Virus record (IMG/VR): IMGVR_UViG_3300048574_000501
Span: 1-40,965 of that record
DNA length: 40,965 bases
Reading direction: 5' to 3' (one strand)
Source of the DNA: a virus
Taxonomy: Duplodnaviria; Caudoviricetes
Shown: positions 38,059 to 40,965 of the stretch, in pieces
How positions within the stretch are numbered: the first letter of the stretch is position 1
Layout: every line of letters starts with the position of its first letter
The notes under the pieces: generated by a model
Told to the model about the DNA's origin: nothing
The model's input: the letters and a program-made list of their open reading frames with translations, nothing else
Databases searched by the model: none
Translations under genes and position numbers: made by a program

Positions 38059-38283
38059 ATGGTTGATTATTTTCTCAAAGCGTCACTTGAACGCAATATA
38101 ATTATTAACATTATTTATCTGAAGGATAACGAAATTACTGAAAGAAACGTTAAGGTATTCAGTATCGAAAACGGCAATATCAAGGCCTTTTGTTTTCTAA
38201 GAAATCAAAACAGGATATTCAAAATTGAGAATATTCTTTCTGCAGGTTATGTAAGAAATAATCATATGAAATTAGCTAAATAA
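38059..38283 (+). CDS. Small stand-alone WYL-like domain protein
   Basis: IIY...ITERNV...AFCFLRNQNRIFKIENI matches the WYL pattern. Confidence 0.7.
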   Translation: MVDYFLKASLERNIIINIIYLKDNEITERNVKVFSIENGNIKAFCFLRNQNRIFKIENILSAGYVRNNHMKLAK

Positions 38284-38346
38284 AGGAATTAACTTATACA
38301 GAGCGGGGTATCTTTGCTCTGATTTTTATTTTTTGGAGGATATATT

Positions 38347-39102
38347 ATGAATAGTTTTATAGGATGGATAGGCGGGAAAAAGCTTTTAAGAAAAGAAATT
38401 GTCAGTAGATTTCCCGAAAAAATTGACCGATATATTGAAGTTTTCGGAGGAGCTGCATGGGTTTTATTTCAGAAAGAAAAGCATGCAGAACTTGAGATAT
38501 ATAATGATTATAACAGTGACCTGGTTAATTTATACCGGTGTATAAAATATCACTGTCAGGAGCTTCAGCGTGAGCTTTCATTTATGCTTAATTCCAGAGA
38601 AATCTTTGAAGACTTCAAAGTTCAGTATAATACTCAAGGCATGACCGACATACAAAGAGCGGCAAGATTCTTTATGCTGATAAAGACGAGCTATGGTTCA
38701 GATGCTAGAACATATGGCTGCGTTAAGAAAGACACATCAGTTACTATAGAGTACCTGAAACGAATCCAGGAAAGACTCTCGAAGGTAGTAGTTGAGAACA
38801 AGGATTTTGAAAACTTGATTGAGGTTTACGACAGGCCGACTGCGCTGTTTTATCTTGACCCACCTTACTTCGGAACCGAGAAGTATTATCAGGCTCAATT
38901 TACACAGAATGATCATGAAAGACTCTACAATGTACTGAAGAATATAAAAGGGAAGTTCATACTTTCTTATAATAACTGTGACTACATATGGGAACGTTAT
39001 GAGAATTTCCATATTGAGTCAATTGAAAGAAATAACAGTCTGGTAGCAAGGTATGCTAAAAAGGATAAGCGATATGGAGAGGTCATTATAAGAAATTATT
39101 AA
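38347..39102 (+). CDS. DNA adenine methyltransferase (Dam/D12 class), orphan
   Basis: WIGGK, EVFGGAAWV (motif I), YND, FYLDPPY (motif IV). Confidence 0.9.
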   Translation: MNSFIGWIGGKKLLRKEIVSRFPEKIDRYIEVFGGAAWVLFQKEKHAELEIYNDYNSDLVNLYRCIKYHCQELQRELSFMLNSREIFEDFKVQYNTQGMTDIQRAARFFMLIKTSYGSDARTYGCVKKDTSVTIEYLKRIQERLSKVVVENKDFENLIEVYDRPTALFYLDPPYFGTEKYYQAQFTQNDHERLYNVLKNIKGKFILSYNNCDYIWERYENFHIESIERNNSLVARYAKKDKRYGEVIIRNY

Positions 39103-39176
39103 TTTAAAAGTCCTTGCTTGTAATATTTTACAATATGTAGTAGATTATTGTTATAAAAACATAAGGGGTTGGAGAA

Positions 39177-40631
39177 ATGGCTAAATGTAGAAGATGCAAT
39201 AAAAGTGGCCTATTCTTAAAAGTAAATGCAGGAGGATTTTGTAAGGAATGCGAAAGAATTCTCGTAATTGAAGCGGCAGAAAAGAGGATAAATGGATCAA
39301 CTAATAAGTGTAATAGATTCCCAGAGAAAAAAGAAGTCTCTATAGATAATGAACTTCAATTACTTGAAAAGCAGGTTATAGAAAAAAAGCAAGAACTTCA
39401 ACATTTAGACTATGAAATAATAAAATATGATAAAAATATCACAGCACATAGTAATAAACTTAAGAAAATGCGTGAGGCATTCAATAGGGTAGATTACACC
39501 ATTAAGAATTTTTATGATAACAATCAAATTCCGAATAATGGCGATATAATTAATGATGAAATGAATGAGCTCCTTGGACCGGCGGTTGAATTAAAACTCC
39601 ACTGTATGGATGTAAAGAGCCTTCGTAAGTTATACAATAAAAACTATAAGGACATACAAGAAACTCTTTCTAAATATCAAAGCAGGTACACAACTAAAAC
39701 AAATGCTGCCATATATAAATTGATGGTTGTTGCTTTGGAAGCTGAACTCCAGAATGTTTTATATAATATAAATTACGGAAAGCTGGATACTGCCATTGAA
39801 AACATTAAAAAAATTACATCAAAATATTTGTACGTAGCAACAGACGGAAATCAGAACATAGCACCTACGATGATAAAATTTATAGGAGAAATAGAATACC
39901 TATTCATTGAAGCAGTAAAGATTGAATATGAATATTATGTCCAGAAGGAGCGCATTAAAGAAGAACAACGGGCAATCAGAGAACAAATGCGGCAAGAAGC
40001 AACTGAAAGAAAGATATTAGAACAGCAGCGCAAACAGGTTGAAAAAGAAGAAGAAAAATACAAAAATGAGATCTCGAGTATAGCTGAACAGATCTCAAAT
40101 ACTGATGATAGTAATAAAATTATGCAATTAAAAATACGTATTGAGCAACTTCAAAATCAACTACTTGATGTTGAACATAAAAAAGAAGAAATTCTAAGCA
40201 GGCAAAATGGAAAAGCTGGATATATTTATATCATTAGTAACATGGGTTCATTTGGTAATAACGTATTTAAAGTCGGAATGACAAGAAGGCTTGACCCACA
40301 AGATAGAGTAAATGAGCTAGGTGATGCTTCGGTGCCGTTTCCATTTGATGTTCATTCGTTTATTTTCTCAGATGATGCTGTCAGTTTAGAACAAAATATG
40401 CATAAAATACTTAAAAACAACAGGGTAAACAGAGTTAATTTAAGAAAAGAATTCTTTAAAGCTACGATAGATGAATTAGAGGAGTTAGTATATTCACTTG
40501 AACCTTCGGCTGAATTTAATAGAACTGTGCTTGCTGAACAGTATAACCAAAGTCTTTCAATTGATGAAGTACCCGATGATGGAGAAACAGTTAACTTAGA
40601 TGATGATGAATTTAACGATTATGAGGTATAA
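39177..40631 (+). CDS. DUF4041 / T5orf172 (GIY-YIG-like) domain protein
   Basis: N-terminal CxxC..CxxC, coiled coils, KEEQRAIREQMRQE, GYIYIISNMGSFG..VFKVGMTRR..PQDRVNELGDASVPFPFDVH, RKEFF. Confidence 0.85.
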   Translation: MAKCRRCNKSGLFLKVNAGGFCKECERILVIEAAEKRINGSTNKCNRFPEKKEVSIDNELQLLEKQVIEKKQELQHLDYEIIKYDKNITAHSNKLKKMREAFNRVDYTIKNFYDNNQIPNNGDIINDEMNELLGPAVELKLHCMDVKSLRKLYNKNYKDIQETLSKYQSRYTTKTNAAIYKLMVVALEAELQNVLYNINYGKLDTAIENIKKITSKYLYVATDGNQNIAPTMIKFIGEIEYLFIEAVKIEYEYYVQKERIKEEQRAIREQMRQEATERKILEQQRKQVEKEEEKYKNEISSIAEQISNTDDSNKIMQLKIRIEQLQNQLLDVEHKKEEILSRQNGKAGYIYIISNMGSFGNNVFKVGMTRRLDPQDRVNELGDASVPFPFDVHSFIFSDDAVSLEQNMHKILKNNRVNRVNLRKEFFKATIDELEELVYSLEPSAEFNRTVLAEQYNQSLSIDEVPDDGETVNLDDDEFNDYEV

Positions 40632-40658
40632 CATAAAATAAATAAAATTTATAAAAAG

Positions 40659-40691
40659 AACTAATATACAACATGTAGAAGGTAACGAAAT
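40659..40691. other. attR of the sigK-intervening element
   Basis: AACTAATATACAACATGT inverted-repeat arm followed by the AGAAGGtAACGAAAT direct repeat. Confidence 0.93.
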
Positions 40692-40965
40692 TACATTAAT
40701 TGACTTGATTAGCAATGACTCTGAGTCTGTGGTGGATGAGGTAGAGCTTAAAATGCAGGTTAAAAAGCTATACAGCAAAATGAAGGGAACCTTAAAAAAC
40801 AGAGAAAAGGTAGTACTGGAATTAAGGTATGGTTTACTTAACGGATCAAGTAAAACTCAGCGAGAAATAGCTAAAATGCTTGGAATTTCCAGATCTTACG
40901 TATCAAGGATTGAAAAGAAAGCAATTAAAAAATTAAGCAAAGAATTAAAACCTGAAGGCTGCTGA
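40688..40965 (+). CDS. sigK: SigK 3' part (region 4 HTH)
   Basis: EITLIDLISND...REKVVLELRYGL...KTQREIAKMLGISRSYVSRIEKKA. In frame with the 5' part after excision. Confidence 0.96.

Larger units (their letters stand above)
431..40687. mobile_element. Siphovirus-like prophage / skin-like sigK-intervening element, 40,257 bp
   Basis: Bounded by att sites within sigK. Contains a serine integrase and lysogeny, replication, packaging, head, tail and lysis modules in canonical order. Confidence 0.95.

Noticed and set aside
38347-40631. Type II restriction-modification pair (methylase plus GIY-YIG)
   Set aside because: The downstream protein has a DUF4041/T5orf172 architecture rather than that of a recognisable restriction enzyme, and Dam-like orphans are common in phages. 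Not excluded, but unsupported.
40596-40778. Minus-strand ORF containing PSTCCILV, identical to the end of the sigK 5' ORF
   Set aside because: This is a by-product of the att inverted repeat, not a gene.
40705-40965. Independent 86-aa sigma region-4 gene
   Set aside because: It has no RBS and is the 3' half of sigK, in frame after excision.

Overview
The window is a sporulation sigma-K gene (sigK, with its pro-sequence) from a Clostridia-type Firmicute, split by a 40,257-bp siphovirus-like prophage that resembles a skin element. The 5' part of sigK (1-430) and the 3' part (40688-40965) rejoin in frame into a 235-aa pro-SigK if recombination occurs in the shared core AACGAAAT (427-434 / 40684-40691). 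A perfect 18-bp inverted repeat marks the two element ends (442-459 / 40659-40676), and a large serine recombinase lies next to attL. The element has ImmA/ImmR/Cro lysogeny control, an AbrB homolog, and recombination, replication, packaging, head, tail and lysis modules. It also carries several accessory genes: a MuF-like toxin plus CPCC protein pair, a sigH-promoter moron, a LexA-box WYL plus DNA methylase unit, and a DUF4041/GIY-YIG protein. Candidate mother-cell (SpoIIID/sigE) promoters and two apparent lesions in virion genes suggest a prophage being domesticated into a developmental switch. All family calls come from motif recognition by eye; no database search was run.
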